Position numbers and translations under genes: made by a program. Below, one piece after another: positions 19,134-27,175 of a DNA stretch of 64,000 nt; position 1 is the first letter of the stretch, and the number at the start of each line of letters is the position of its first letter. Source of the stretch: an uncultured Clostridia bacterium (GTDB taxonomy: Bacteria; Bacillota; Clostridia; Oscillospirales; Acutalibacteraceae); assembly GCA_944380845.1 (NCBI GenBank), contig CALWIU010000045.1:164-64163 (forward strand), written 5' to 3'. The notes under the pieces are model-generated. The model had not been told where the DNA came from, searched no databases, and saw only the letters and a list, made by a program, of their open reading frames with translations.

Positions 19134-20768
19134 ATGAAGGAACTGTATTTTGTGAATTCTCTGGAAAATATTTTCCCCGATGAAGTCCCCGGCGGACAAC
19201 TGACGCATATTTCGATGCTTCGCAACGAAAGGTATTCTTTTCAGTTGGTCGTGTATTTGCCGGGCGAGGAAACGACAGTGCGCGTCGAACCGCCGGAAGA
19301 ATTGACAGACTGCCTGCATTTTTATGATGTCAAAGCCATTCCGGTTCATGTGCCGGCAAAGGAAAAGTGTGATGATGATTTTCTGCTGCGCGGCGGCAAG
19401 CCGGGCGACTATCCCGACCTTCTGGTTCCCTGCGACGGCGAAGTGCACTGGCAGGGAAAAGGCTGGCACGCTCTTTGGCTGGAAATCGATCCGGGCGAAC
19501 CGCTTGCCGCCGGACAGCGTGAGCTGTCCTTTGCGGTCGAATTGCCGAGGGGCAAGACGACGCTTTCGCTGGAATTGTCGGTGGTGGATGCGCTGCTGCC
19601 GGAACAGGAGCTGGTCTGCACCCACTGGTTTTATTGCGACTGTCTGGCGGATCAGTACGAAGTGCCGATTTTTTCCGAGGAACACTGGCAGCTCATTGAA
19701 AAGTATTTGCGTTTTGCCGTTCAGCACGGCATCAACATGATTTTAACGCCCCTGTTTACACCGCCTCTGGATACGGCGATCGGGTCGGAGCGTCCGACGG
19801 TTCAGCTTGTCGGAGTGACGGCGGAAAACTACGGGTATTCTTTTGATTTTTCGCTTTTGGAACGCTGGATCGATCTTTGCAATGCCTGCGGGGTACGGTA
19901 TTTTGAAATGTCCCACCTCTTTACCCAGTGGGGCGCCAAACACGCGCCGAAGATCGTTGCCAAAACCGCCGAAGGGGAAAAACGCCTGTTTGGATGGGAA
20001 ACCAATGCAGCCGGCGCGGAATACAAGCATTTCCTGAAATGCTTCGCGAAGGAGCTGGATCGTTTTCTTGCGGAAAAAGGCGTCAGGGAGCGCTGTTTCT
20101 TCCATGTTGCCGATGAACCGGGATTTAAGGACTTTATCAGCTACCGCAGCGCCTCCAGGATCATTTCGGAGTGCTTTGGAGAATATCGCAGCATCGATGC
20201 GCTGTCGGAGTACCTTTTCTATCAAAGCGGTCTGACCAAAACGCCGATTCCCTGCATTGACGCCATCGAAGCGTTTAAAGGCAGAGTGCCGGAGCTTTGG
20301 ACTTATTATTGCAGCGTTCCGGCAAAGGACAATTATGTCAATCGCTTTTTGTATTATCCATCGGTTCGCAACCGTGCGCTGGGCGCGGCGCTGTACCGCT
20401 ATAACTGCAAAGGCTTTTTGCATTGGGGATATAACTTCTGGTATACCGTGCTTTCCAAAGGCCGGATCGATCCTTTCACCGACACCGCTTCCGGCGGCGG
20501 CTTCCCGGCTGGCGACGGTTTTGTGGTGTATCCGGGCAAGGACGGACAGCCTTTGCCGTCTCTGCGCCTGAAAGTTTTTTACGATGCGTTGCAGGATCAG
20601 CGGGCGCTTGCCTGTCTGGAAAGCCTTGTAGGCAGAGAACAGGCGCTTCAGACGCTCGCCGATCAATGGGAAGGCTATTCCTTCCGCAGTTATCCGAAAA
20701 CCGGAGAAGATCTGATTGCTCTGCGTGAGGCGGTCAACGATGCGATTGCCGGCGCTGTCAGGAAGTGA
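19134..20768 (+). CDS. DUF4091 / glycoside hydrolase family 123-like protein (cytoplasmic)
   Basis: FHVADEP (Asp-Glu pair as in GH123-type catalytic centres), HLFTQWGAKHAPKI, GFLHWGYNFW, FPAGDGFVVYPG. No signal peptide. Confidence 0.6.
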   Translation: MKELYFVNSLENIFPDEVPGGQLTHISMLRNERYSFQLVVYLPGEETTVRVEPPEELTDCLHFYDVKAIPVHVPAKEKCDDDFLLRGGKPGDYPDLLVPCDGEVHWQGKGWHALWLEIDPGEPLAAGQRELSFAVELPRGKTTLSLELSVVDALLPEQELVCTHWFYCDCLADQYEVPIFSEEHWQLIEKYLRFAVQHGINMILTPLFTPPLDTAIGSERPTVQLVGVTAENYGYSFDFSLLERWIDLCNACGVRYFEMSHLFTQWGAKHAPKIVAKTAEGEKRLFGWETNAAGAEYKHFLKCFAKELDRFLAEKGVRERCFFHVADEPGFKDFISYRSASRIISECFGEYRSIDALSEYLFYQSGLTKTPIPCIDAIEAFKGRVPELWTYYCSVPAKDNYVNRFLYYPSVRNRALGAALYRYNCKGFLHWGYNFWYTVLSKGRIDPFTDTASGGGFPAGDGFVVYPGKDGQPLPSLRLKVFYDALQDQRALACLESLVGREQALQTLADQWEGYSFRSYPKTGEDLIALREAVNDAIAGAVRK

Positions 20769-20776
20769 ACTTTTTC

Positions 20777-20805
20777 TTGCTTTTTTCCCTGCCGCGTTGT
20801 ATAAT
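20777..20805 (+). promoter_or_regulatory. Sigma-A-type promoter of dapF-dapL
   Basis: TTGCTT, 17 nt, TATAAT, with upstream TG. Confidence 0.6.
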
Positions 20806-20859
20806 CATTTTTGATTTTCATCGCGCGCGGCTTTGATTTTGCGCGGAAAGGATGATGGT

Positions 20860-21720
20860 ATGAAATTTACAAAAATGCAAGGCGCAGGCAACGATTATGT
20901 CTATGTCAACGGCTTTGAGGAGACCATACCCGATCGGGTAAAAACAGCGGCGGCGGTCAGCGACCGTCATTTCGGTATCGGCGCGGACGGGCTGATCGTG
21001 ATGGCGCCTTCTGAAATCGCCGACTGTAAAATGGATATGTATAATGCCGACGGTTCCCGCGGCAAAATGTGCGGCAACGGCGTGCGCTGTGTGGCGAAGC
21101 TGGCTTATGATACAGGGATTGCCCGCAAGGATGAAATTGCTGTGGAAACCCTGAGCGGCATTAAGTATATTCATGTAATCAAGAATAAAGACGGTGAAAT
21201 GACCGGCGCGACCGTTGATATGGGCGAGCCGATTTTACAGCCGGAAGAGATCCCGGCGCTTTTTGAGGGGGACAAAGCGGTCAACGCGCCCCTGGCTGTC
21301 GGTGATAAGGAATATATGGTGACACTGGTTTCGATGGGCAACCCGCACTGCGTGGTTTTTACCGAGGATGTAAAAAATTTGCAAATCGAAACAATCGGGC
21401 CGCTGTTTGAAAACCATGCGCGCTTCCCCGACCGGATCAACACTGAGTTTGTCCGGGTGGTTCACGCCAAAGAGCTGGATATGCGCGTTTGGGAACGCGG
21501 CTCCGGTGAAACACTTGCCTGCGGAACAGGCACCTGCGCTTCCGTTGTTGCTGCCGTTTTGAACGGATTTTGCGCACCGGATACCGATATCAAGGTGAAT
21601 CTGCTGGGTGGCACGCTGTTTGTCAATTGGAATACCGCCGATAACCATGTCTATTTGACCGGCCCGGCTGAAACGGTGTTTACCGGGGAATATGATCTGA
21701 AGAAACACGGTCTGGCATAA
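20860..21720 (+). CDS. dapF: Diaminopimelate epimerase
   Basis: [23 protein letters not shown] and ACGTG (the two catalytic Cys regions). Start re-set to ATG 20860. Confidence 0.95.
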   Translation: MKFTKMQGAGNDYVYVNGFEETIPDRVKTAAAVSDRHFGIGADGLIVMAPSEIADCKMDMYNADGSRGKMCGNGVRCVAKLAYDTGIARKDEIAVETLSGIKYIHVIKNKDGEMTGATVDMGEPILQPEEIPALFEGDKAVNAPLAVGDKEYMVTLVSMGNPHCVVFTEDVKNLQIETIGPLFENHARFPDRINTEFVRVVHAKELDMRVWERGSGETLACGTGTCASVVAAVLNGFCAPDTDIKVNLLGGTLFVNWNTADNHVYLTGPAETVFTGEYDLKKHGLA

Positions 21721-21740
21721 CAGAAGGAGAGAACGGGAAT

Positions 21741-22955
21741 ATGAAGATCAATGAAAACTTTCTGAAAATTCAGAACAATTACCTTTTTTCTGATATCGCC
21801 AAAAAGGTTGCCGCTTATAAAGAAGCCAATCCGACGGCGGATATCATTCGTCTGGGCATCGGCGATGTGACCCGTCCGCTGCCGAAAAAAGTAACGGAAG
21901 CGATGAAAAAAGCGGTCGAAGAGCAGGAAAGCGCCGAGCATTTCCGTGGTTATCCGCCGGAATACGGGTATGATTTCCTTAGAAGCGCCATCAACCGCCA
22001 TGATTTCGCTTCGCGCGGGGTCACGCTTCAGGACGATGAAATTTTTGTCAGTGACGGCGCCAAAAGCGACTGCGGCAATATCGGTGATATTTTCGATCAG
22101 GATAATCTGGTTGCCATTTGCGATCCGCTGTACCCTGTGTATGTAGATACCAATGTCATGGCCGGGCGCTCCGGTGATTTGGTGGACGGGCACTGGAACC
22201 GGTTCTATTATATGCCCTGCACGGCGGAAAACGGCTTTTTGCCTGCGCTGCCGGACTGCAAGGTCGATCTGATCTATTTGTGCTTCCCCAACAACCCCAC
22301 CGGTATGGCCATTACCAAAGATGAGCTTGCCAAATGGGTCGATTACGCCAACCGCAACGACAGCGTCATTCTTTATGACGCCGCGTATGAAGCGTACATC
22401 ACCGAAGAAAATGTTCCGCACAGCATTTTTGAGATCGACGGCGCCAAAACCTGCGCCATTGAATTCCGCAGCTTTTCCAAAACCGCCGGCTTTACCGGCG
22501 CACGCTGCGCCTATACCATTGTTCCTCACGAGCTGAAGCGCGGCGGCGTCGAGCTGAACGCTTTGTGGGCGCGCCGTCAGGCCACCAAGTTCAACGGCGT
22601 TTCCTATATCACACAGCGCGGCGCGGAGGCGGTCTTTACCGAAGAAGGACAAAAACAGGTGCAGGAAAACATCGCCTATTATCGTCGGAACGCCAAAGTC
22701 ATTGCCGAAGGGCTGAAAAAAGCGGGCTTTTCGGTTTACGGCGGCGTCAATTCCCCCTATATCTGGCTGCGCGTACCGGATGGCATGACTTCATGGGAAT
22801 TTTTTGATTTGCTTCTGCACAAAATGCAGGTTGTCGGTACGCCCGGTTCGGGATTCGGCGCTGCGGGCGAGGGGTATTTCCGTCTGACGAGCTTCGGAGA
22901 TGCGGAAAAAACCAAAGAAGCGGTCGAGCGCATTACCGCGTATTTTCAAAAATAA
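21741..22955 (+). CDS. dapL: LL-diaminopimelate aminotransferase
   Basis: [11 protein letters not shown]...[14 protein letters not shown]-terminus and [10 protein letters not shown] (PLP lysine), characteristic of DapL. Adjacent to dapF. Confidence 0.9.
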   Translation: MKINENFLKIQNNYLFSDIAKKVAAYKEANPTADIIRLGIGDVTRPLPKKVTEAMKKAVEEQESAEHFRGYPPEYGYDFLRSAINRHDFASRGVTLQDDEIFVSDGAKSDCGNIGDIFDQDNLVAICDPLYPVYVDTNVMAGRSGDLVDGHWNRFYYMPCTAENGFLPALPDCKVDLIYLCFPNNPTGMAITKDELAKWVDYANRNDSVILYDAAYEAYITEENVPHSIFEIDGAKTCAIEFRSFSKTAGFTGARCAYTIVPHELKRGGVELNALWARRQATKFNGVSYITQRGAEAVFTEEGQKQVQENIAYYRRNAKVIAEGLKKAGFSVYGGVNSPYIWLRVPDGMTSWEFFDLLLHKMQVVGTPGSGFGAAGEGYFRLTSFGDAEKTKEAVERITAYFQK

Positions 22956-23011
22956 ACGGGAAAATTGACCAAAAAAAGAAGGATTTGTTCCCGCAAAAAC
23001 GCATATAATTT

Positions 23012-23040
23012 GAAAAAATGATTGACATATCCTTCTGTCC
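23012..23040 (+). promoter_or_regulatory. Consensus sigma-A promoter
   Basis: TTGACA, 17 nt, TATAAT; both hexamers are perfect. Confidence 0.65.
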
Positions 23041-23129
23041 GTTATATAATTCTATTGTATATAATGCAGTTATGCTCTGTATTTATCGATTTTCTCTGTT
23101 TCAACTAAAAAACGGAAGGAAGTTTTCTG

Positions 23130-25106
23130 ATGAGGAACCAAAAGACTTTTGCCTTAAGGCTGGTCGCGTTTCTGCTGGTCTTTTGCGTTGCAGTCGGTGT
23201 TTTGCCAGTGGCGGCATCGGCGGCTGACAGTACGCTGACAGCAGTTTCGCCCGCTGAGGCAGTGGGGGAATATGTGATTCCGGACGGCACCACCGCTATC
23301 GCGGATAATGCCTTTGCCGGATGTACGGAATTGACAAGCGTTGTCATTCCTGCCTCCGTTAAAACCATCGGCGCGAATGCGTTCCAGGGATGCACATCCC
23401 TTGCAACGGTGAAATTTAACGGCGTGCTGGATCGTGTGGGGCTGTTTGCTTTTAATGATACGCTCTGGTATAAAAACTATCCCACCGACTTCATTTATGC
23501 TTCCTCTCCGAGCGGCTTTAATGTCCTGATCGGTTATAAGGGCACGGATGAGAATGTTGCCATTCCCGCTTCCACCACCGTTATCGGTGAGGGCGCTTTC
23601 TACGGCAACACGACCATTAAATCCGTTATTATCCCGCTGCGTACCACCAAAGTTTCCGATTACGCGTTTTACGGCTGCACGAACCTTGCGGATATCACCG
23701 TCCGCGGTGCGCTTACCGACTGCGGCTTCATGGCGTTTGAGGGCACGGCGTGGCTGGATTCCTATGCCGGTGAATTCATCATCTCCGGTACCATGCTCAT
23801 TAAATACAACGGCGACAAAGATGTTGTTTATGTTCCCAATACGGTGACGCGCATTGCTTCCTATGCGTTCTATGACTGCAAGAGCGTAACGACGGTTCGT
23901 GTTCCCGCTTCCGTAACCGATATCGGCGTAAACGCCTTCTATCTTTACAACGACGGCGGCAACAACAAATACGCTGAAATTTATTGCTGGGAAGATACCT
24001 ACGCGGAAACCTACGCCAAACAGAACGGCCTGTCCATTTCTTCGTACCTGAACTATCCGGGCGATGTGGATTCCAACGGCAGCGTTCAAACCGCTGACGC
24101 GCGCGTTGCTCTTCGTTACGCCGCCAAGCTGGAACGCGATCTGACGGATGCACAGTTCCTTGCCGCTGACATCGGCTGCGATGGAAACATCACTTCTTCC
24201 GATGCGCGTTTGATCCTTCGCATGGCAGTCGGCCTTGCCGAGTATACCCCCGAGGATCTGCTCTTTAAGCCCAATACGGATTTTGAAATCCTGATGGCGT
24301 ACACCGAAGCGGTTCGCCTTGCCTATATCAAGGAAGCCGGTTATAAACTCACGGAGTATCAGAGCATTGACGATGTAAAGGTCGGTCCGTCCTTTATCCG
24401 CACCGCGCTGAACAATCCCTTTAAAACCGACTTGACCAAAGAAGACAAAGCGGAAGCACAGACGCTCTCTTCCGATACCGTCGAAGCACTGGAAAAGCTG
24501 TATCTTTGCGACTTGACCAACAATTCCATTATCAAGGATGCAAAATGCGAGCTGACCGAAAGCGATAAATATTATATCACCATCACCTTGAACGATGAAG
24601 TGGATGTCAGCGACACCGATTCTCTGACCCGCTGCATGTTCCCGGTGGTCGGCAGAGAAGATATGGATCGCCTGCTGAATGAAGAGGAAGGCACCTGGTA
24701 TCACGCTTCTTCTACCGATTTTAATTATAAGATTACTTACCAGAATTGCACATTGAACGCCATCGTCGATGTTATGACCGGCAATATCGAAGACATTGAA
24801 ATGAAGATGGGTTATCGTTTCGATGTCTGGGGTCAGATTTACCTGACGAAAATTCACAACAGAGACGATAAGAACGATCCTGTTGGTTACGCCACCAGAA
24901 CCGATACGGTAAAATATACCGATTTCGATTACACGGTGAAAGAATTTACCACCACCACGACTGAACCGACAACCGTTTATGAAGGAGAAGATCCGGAAAA
25001 TCCCGTAACGGTTGTGCCGACCACCAAAAACAATGACGCCGGCAACTTCCTTGCCGGAATCGGCGATGCGCTGGGCGGTATCTTCGGCAGTCTGATCGGC
25101 GGCTGA
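23130..25106 (+). CDS. Secreted BspA-type leucine-rich-repeat protein with internal dockerin and unknown C-terminal domain
   Basis: Signal peptide. Repeated IPxxVxxIGxxAFxGCxxL units (LRR_5/BspA type). Dockerin GDVDSNGSVQTADARVALRYAA...ADIGCDGNITSSDARLILRMAV (nt ~24060-24236). About 290 aa of unassigned sequence, a TTTTEPTT linker and a Gly-rich tail GNFLAGIGDALGGIFGSLIGG. Confidence 0.8.
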   Translation: MRNQKTFALRLVAFLLVFCVAVGVLPVAASAADSTLTAVSPAEAVGEYVIPDGTTAIADNAFAGCTELTSVVIPASVKTIGANAFQGCTSLATVKFNGVLDRVGLFAFNDTLWYKNYPTDFIYASSPSGFNVLIGYKGTDENVAIPASTTVIGEGAFYGNTTIKSVIIPLRTTKVSDYAFYGCTNLADITVRGALTDCGFMAFEGTAWLDSYAGEFIISGTMLIKYNGDKDVVYVPNTVTRIASYAFYDCKSVTTVRVPASVTDIGVNAFYLYNDGGNNKYAEIYCWEDTYAETYAKQNGLSISSYLNYPGDVDSNGSVQTADARVALRYAAKLERDLTDAQFLAADIGCDGNITSSDARLILRMAVGLAEYTPEDLLFKPNTDFEILMAYTEAVRLAYIKEAGYKLTEYQSIDDVKVGPSFIRTALNNPFKTDLTKEDKAEAQTLSSDTVEALEKLYLCDLTNNSIIKDAKCELTESDKYYITITLNDEVDVSDTDSLTRCMFPVVGREDMDRLLNEEEGTWYHASSTDFNYKITYQNCTLNAIVDVMTGNIEDIEMKMGYRFDVWGQIYLTKIHNRDDKNDPVGYATRTDTVKYTDFDYTVKEFTTTTTEPTTVYEGEDPENPVTVVPTTKNNDAGNFLAGIGDALGGIFGSLIGG

Positions 25107-25115
25107 ACCTGCTCT

Positions 25116-25144
25116 ATCTGCGGGCTTGCAAACAGCCCGCAGAT
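25116..25144 (+). terminator. Hairpin after the LRR gene (no U-tract)
   Basis: 10-bp stem ATCTGCGGGC / GCCCGCAGAT. It is followed by an A-rich rather than T-rich tail, so terminator function is uncertain. Confidence 0.4.
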
Positions 25145-25277
25145 GTAAAAAAATTTCGGGAATCATTTGCTTGAATCGCGAAAAAATAGGATCGGGAGCG
25201 TTGTCTCCTTGTAAAAAGCGCACAATATTATTGTGTCATTTTTGGCGGATTTTATGCGTTGCATGTGGAAAAAGTGT

Positions 25278-25306
25278 TTGACATTTGCGAATCGGTATGA
25301 TACAAT
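25278..25306 (+). promoter_or_regulatory. Near-consensus sigma-A promoter of the cohesin gene
   Basis: TTGACA, 17 nt, TACAAT. About 120-nt leader to the ATG at 25427. Confidence 0.65.
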
Positions 25307-25426
25307 TAAGCGTGTTCAGACACTGAGGCACGCATTCGCCGCCCAGGTCTAAATGCTTTACTGTATATAAATGAATCGTCAACCGGCGGTTCTTTATATA
25401 AAAAATTTTCAAAGGAAGGTTCTAAA

Positions 25427-26086
25427 ATGAAACTTGCAAAAAAAGTACTTGCTTGTGTTGTCGTTCTTGCGATCATGAGCACACTTGCCATCAGTGCTTT
25501 CGCTGCTGATGCTTCCTTGGTTCTGTCGGCTGATAAGAGCGCCGCTGAAATCGGCGACACCATTACCGTGGATCTTTCCATGAGCAATGCTACTGGCCTT
25601 GAGAATCTTGGTTTGTTCGTCAGCTACGATGATGCTGTTCTTCAGCTTGAGTCTGTCGCTTCTTCTAACGACAACGCGATTGCTGAGCAGAACGATGCCG
25701 GTGATGTTAGTGTTGGTTATATGAACATGAACTCCAACTCTAACGCTGACCTTGCTCTTGCGAAAATGACCTTCAAGGTTATCGCTGAAGGCAATGCGAA
25801 GATCACTGCTGCTCTCATCACTGATGACAATGGTGAAGCTGATATCGCTGGTGTTACCGTTGGTTCCACCTCCACCTCCATCAGCGTAACCGGTACCGAG
25901 AAGACCACTGCTGCTCCCGACGAGCCCAGTGCTGCTCCTTCTGATACCACCGCTGCTCCTGCTGGCGACGATACCACGAAACCCGCTGACGAAATTCCTG
26001 CTACCGGCGACGCTGGTATTGCTGTAGCCGCTGGCCTTGTTGTTCTTGCTGGCGCTGCTTTCGTTGCTTCCAAGAAAAGAAAATAA
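25427..26086 (+). CDS. Cell-wall-anchored single-cohesin protein (ScaE-like anchoring scaffoldin) with IPATG sortase signal
   Basis: Signal peptide ...AISAFA. Cohesin-like module (GDTITVDLSMSNATGLENLGLFVSYDDAVLQLESV ... LAKMTFKVIAEGNAKI). Thr/Pro/Ala linker. IPATG (25994-26008), then hydrophobic AGIAVAAGLVVLAGAAFVA and KKRK. Confidence 0.75.
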   Translation: MKLAKKVLACVVVLAIMSTLAISAFAADASLVLSADKSAAEIGDTITVDLSMSNATGLENLGLFVSYDDAVLQLESVASSNDNAIAEQNDAGDVSVGYMNMNSNSNADLALAKMTFKVIAEGNAKITAALITDDNGEADIAGVTVGSTSTSISVTGTEKTTAAPDEPSAAPSDTTAAPAGDDTTKPADEIPATGDAGIAVAAGLVVLAGAAFVASKKRK

Positions 26087-26113
26087 TCTCCGGTAACGGG
26101 TGATTAACAAAAA

Positions 26114-26139
26114 GGGGTCTGTTTCAGATCCCTTTTTTT
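26114..26139 (+). terminator. Rho-independent terminator 1 after the cohesin gene
   Basis: GGGGTCTG / CAGATCCC stem (one G-U pair), 3-nt loop, T7. Confidence 0.75.
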
Positions 26140-26142
26140 GTA

Positions 26143-26179
26143 TTGCTGTTTCTTTTTACAGGAAACAGCAATTTTTTTT
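26143..26179 (+). terminator. Rho-independent terminator 2 (tandem)
   Basis: TTGCTGTTTC / GAAACAGCAA 10-bp stem, T8 tail. Confidence 0.8.
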
Positions 26180-26297
26180 GTTTTCTCGCCGAATAACGAC
26201 GCGCAGCGTACCACCAAAAACAGGGGGTAAGGGTTGTAAGCCCATATTGGGACGAGAAGCACGCGCAATGGTTGTTTGCACGAGTTGCGTCATGCTG

Positions 26298-26684
26298 AGC
26301 ATAAAAGATCGGTTATACAAAAAAGAGCAGCGAGGTCTGGCATAAAAAACGGTGGCTCTGGTATAAATGGTAGATCTGTGTCGAGCGATGCGGATCAACT
26401 GCGAGAAAAGGGAGCGGGCAGTGTCAAGCATAAAAGATCGGTTGTGCCAAAAAAGAGCAGGAAATTTGGTATAAGAAATCGACGCACTCTGGTATAAATG
26501 GTAGGTCTGTGCCGAGCAAAGCGGATCAACTGCGAGAAAAGGAGCGGCAGTGACGAGTATAGTAAATCAGTTGCGCCAAAATAAGAGCGGGGAGGTCTGA
26601 CATAAAAATCGGCGGTGAAGAAGAAAATAGCAGGTCTTTGCAGTATATGGAAGTTGAACTGCCCGTGTATGGCGGTGATACCGG
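26298..26684. repeat. Imperfect tandem repeat, 3 units of 129 bp
   Basis: Units start at 26298, 26427 and 26556. Shared blocks are AGCATAAAAGATCGGTT, AAAAAGAGCAG, CTCTGGTATAAATGGTAG(A/G)TCTGTG and GCGGATCAACTGCGAGAAAAGG. Units 1 and 2 are clearly similar; unit 3 is more degenerate. No intact ORF spans the units. Confidence 0.85.
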
Positions 26685-27054
26685 CAGAACCATAGTCAGG
26701 GAAAAAGAATGTTTGGCGCATCTGTTTGTCAATATAAAATGTTTTTTCCGATGTCTATAGGTAGCAAGTGTTTTGTGCTTTCAGAAGACAGATGCCGCAA
26801 AACAGCCGTTCTTTTCTTTTAAAACAGTGTTTTTTATCCGAAAGGACGGCATTCGCTAAAAGAAGGGAATAACAATAAAGACTGGATAAAAAACAGTGTG
26901 GAAGGTTATCATGCTTTTTCGACTCAATAAGCAAAACCACGGGTATAACGGAAAGGGAATGCACAGGAAAGGGATTCTCCATTTTTGGAAGGTATTGTAC
27001 AGAAGCAGATGCAGTTGACTCGACAATAACCGGTTCCCTAACAATGTCTTTTGC

Positions 27055-27089
27055 AGGTAAAAATTGCCCCGAAGCGGGGCTTCGGGGCA
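27055..27089 (-). terminator. Rho-independent terminator of the amidase gene
   Basis: CCCCGAAGC / GCTTCGGGG stem (27067-27088). On the minus strand it is followed by AATTTTTAC. Confidence 0.7.
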
Positions 27090-27175
27090 GCTTCCGTCAG
27101 CAGCAGGTATCTATGCCGGATCAGGGAATGCTGTTATTTTGCGGCCTGTGTGACGGAAGCAGAAAGCGGCAGGCT

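Noticed and set aside
20806-20859. Lysine riboswitch (L-box) in the dapF leader, prompted by the TTTGATTTT direct repeat
   Set aside because: The leader is only ~55 nt, far too short for an L-box. No conserved L-box helices are seen.
23154-25223. 689-aa minus-strand ORF
   Set aside because: It is an antisense shadow of the LRR-dockerin gene. It has Arg/Gly/Ile/Asn-rich composition with no motifs and no RBS. The plus-strand gene has a signal peptide, LRR periodicity, a dockerin and a consensus promoter.
26298-26684. CRISPR array interpretation of the 129-bp repeats
   Set aside because: The units are contiguous with no unique spacers. The unit length is far above 24-48 bp. Similarity is spread over the whole unit. 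No cas genes or leader are nearby.
26298-26684. Diversity-generating retroelement template/variable repeat pair
   Set aside because: Differences between units include indels and substitutions at all four bases, not adenine-specific changes. No reverse transcriptase or target-gene 3' end is present.
26156-26721. ORFs 26276..26497 (+), 26156..26431 (-) and 26395..26721 (-) as a repeat-containing protein gene
   Set aside because: There is no RBS. The frames are broken by stops and by indels between units. The products are basic low-complexity strings (for example LFSQLIRIARHRSTIYTR) with no domain. They overlap each other on opposite strands.
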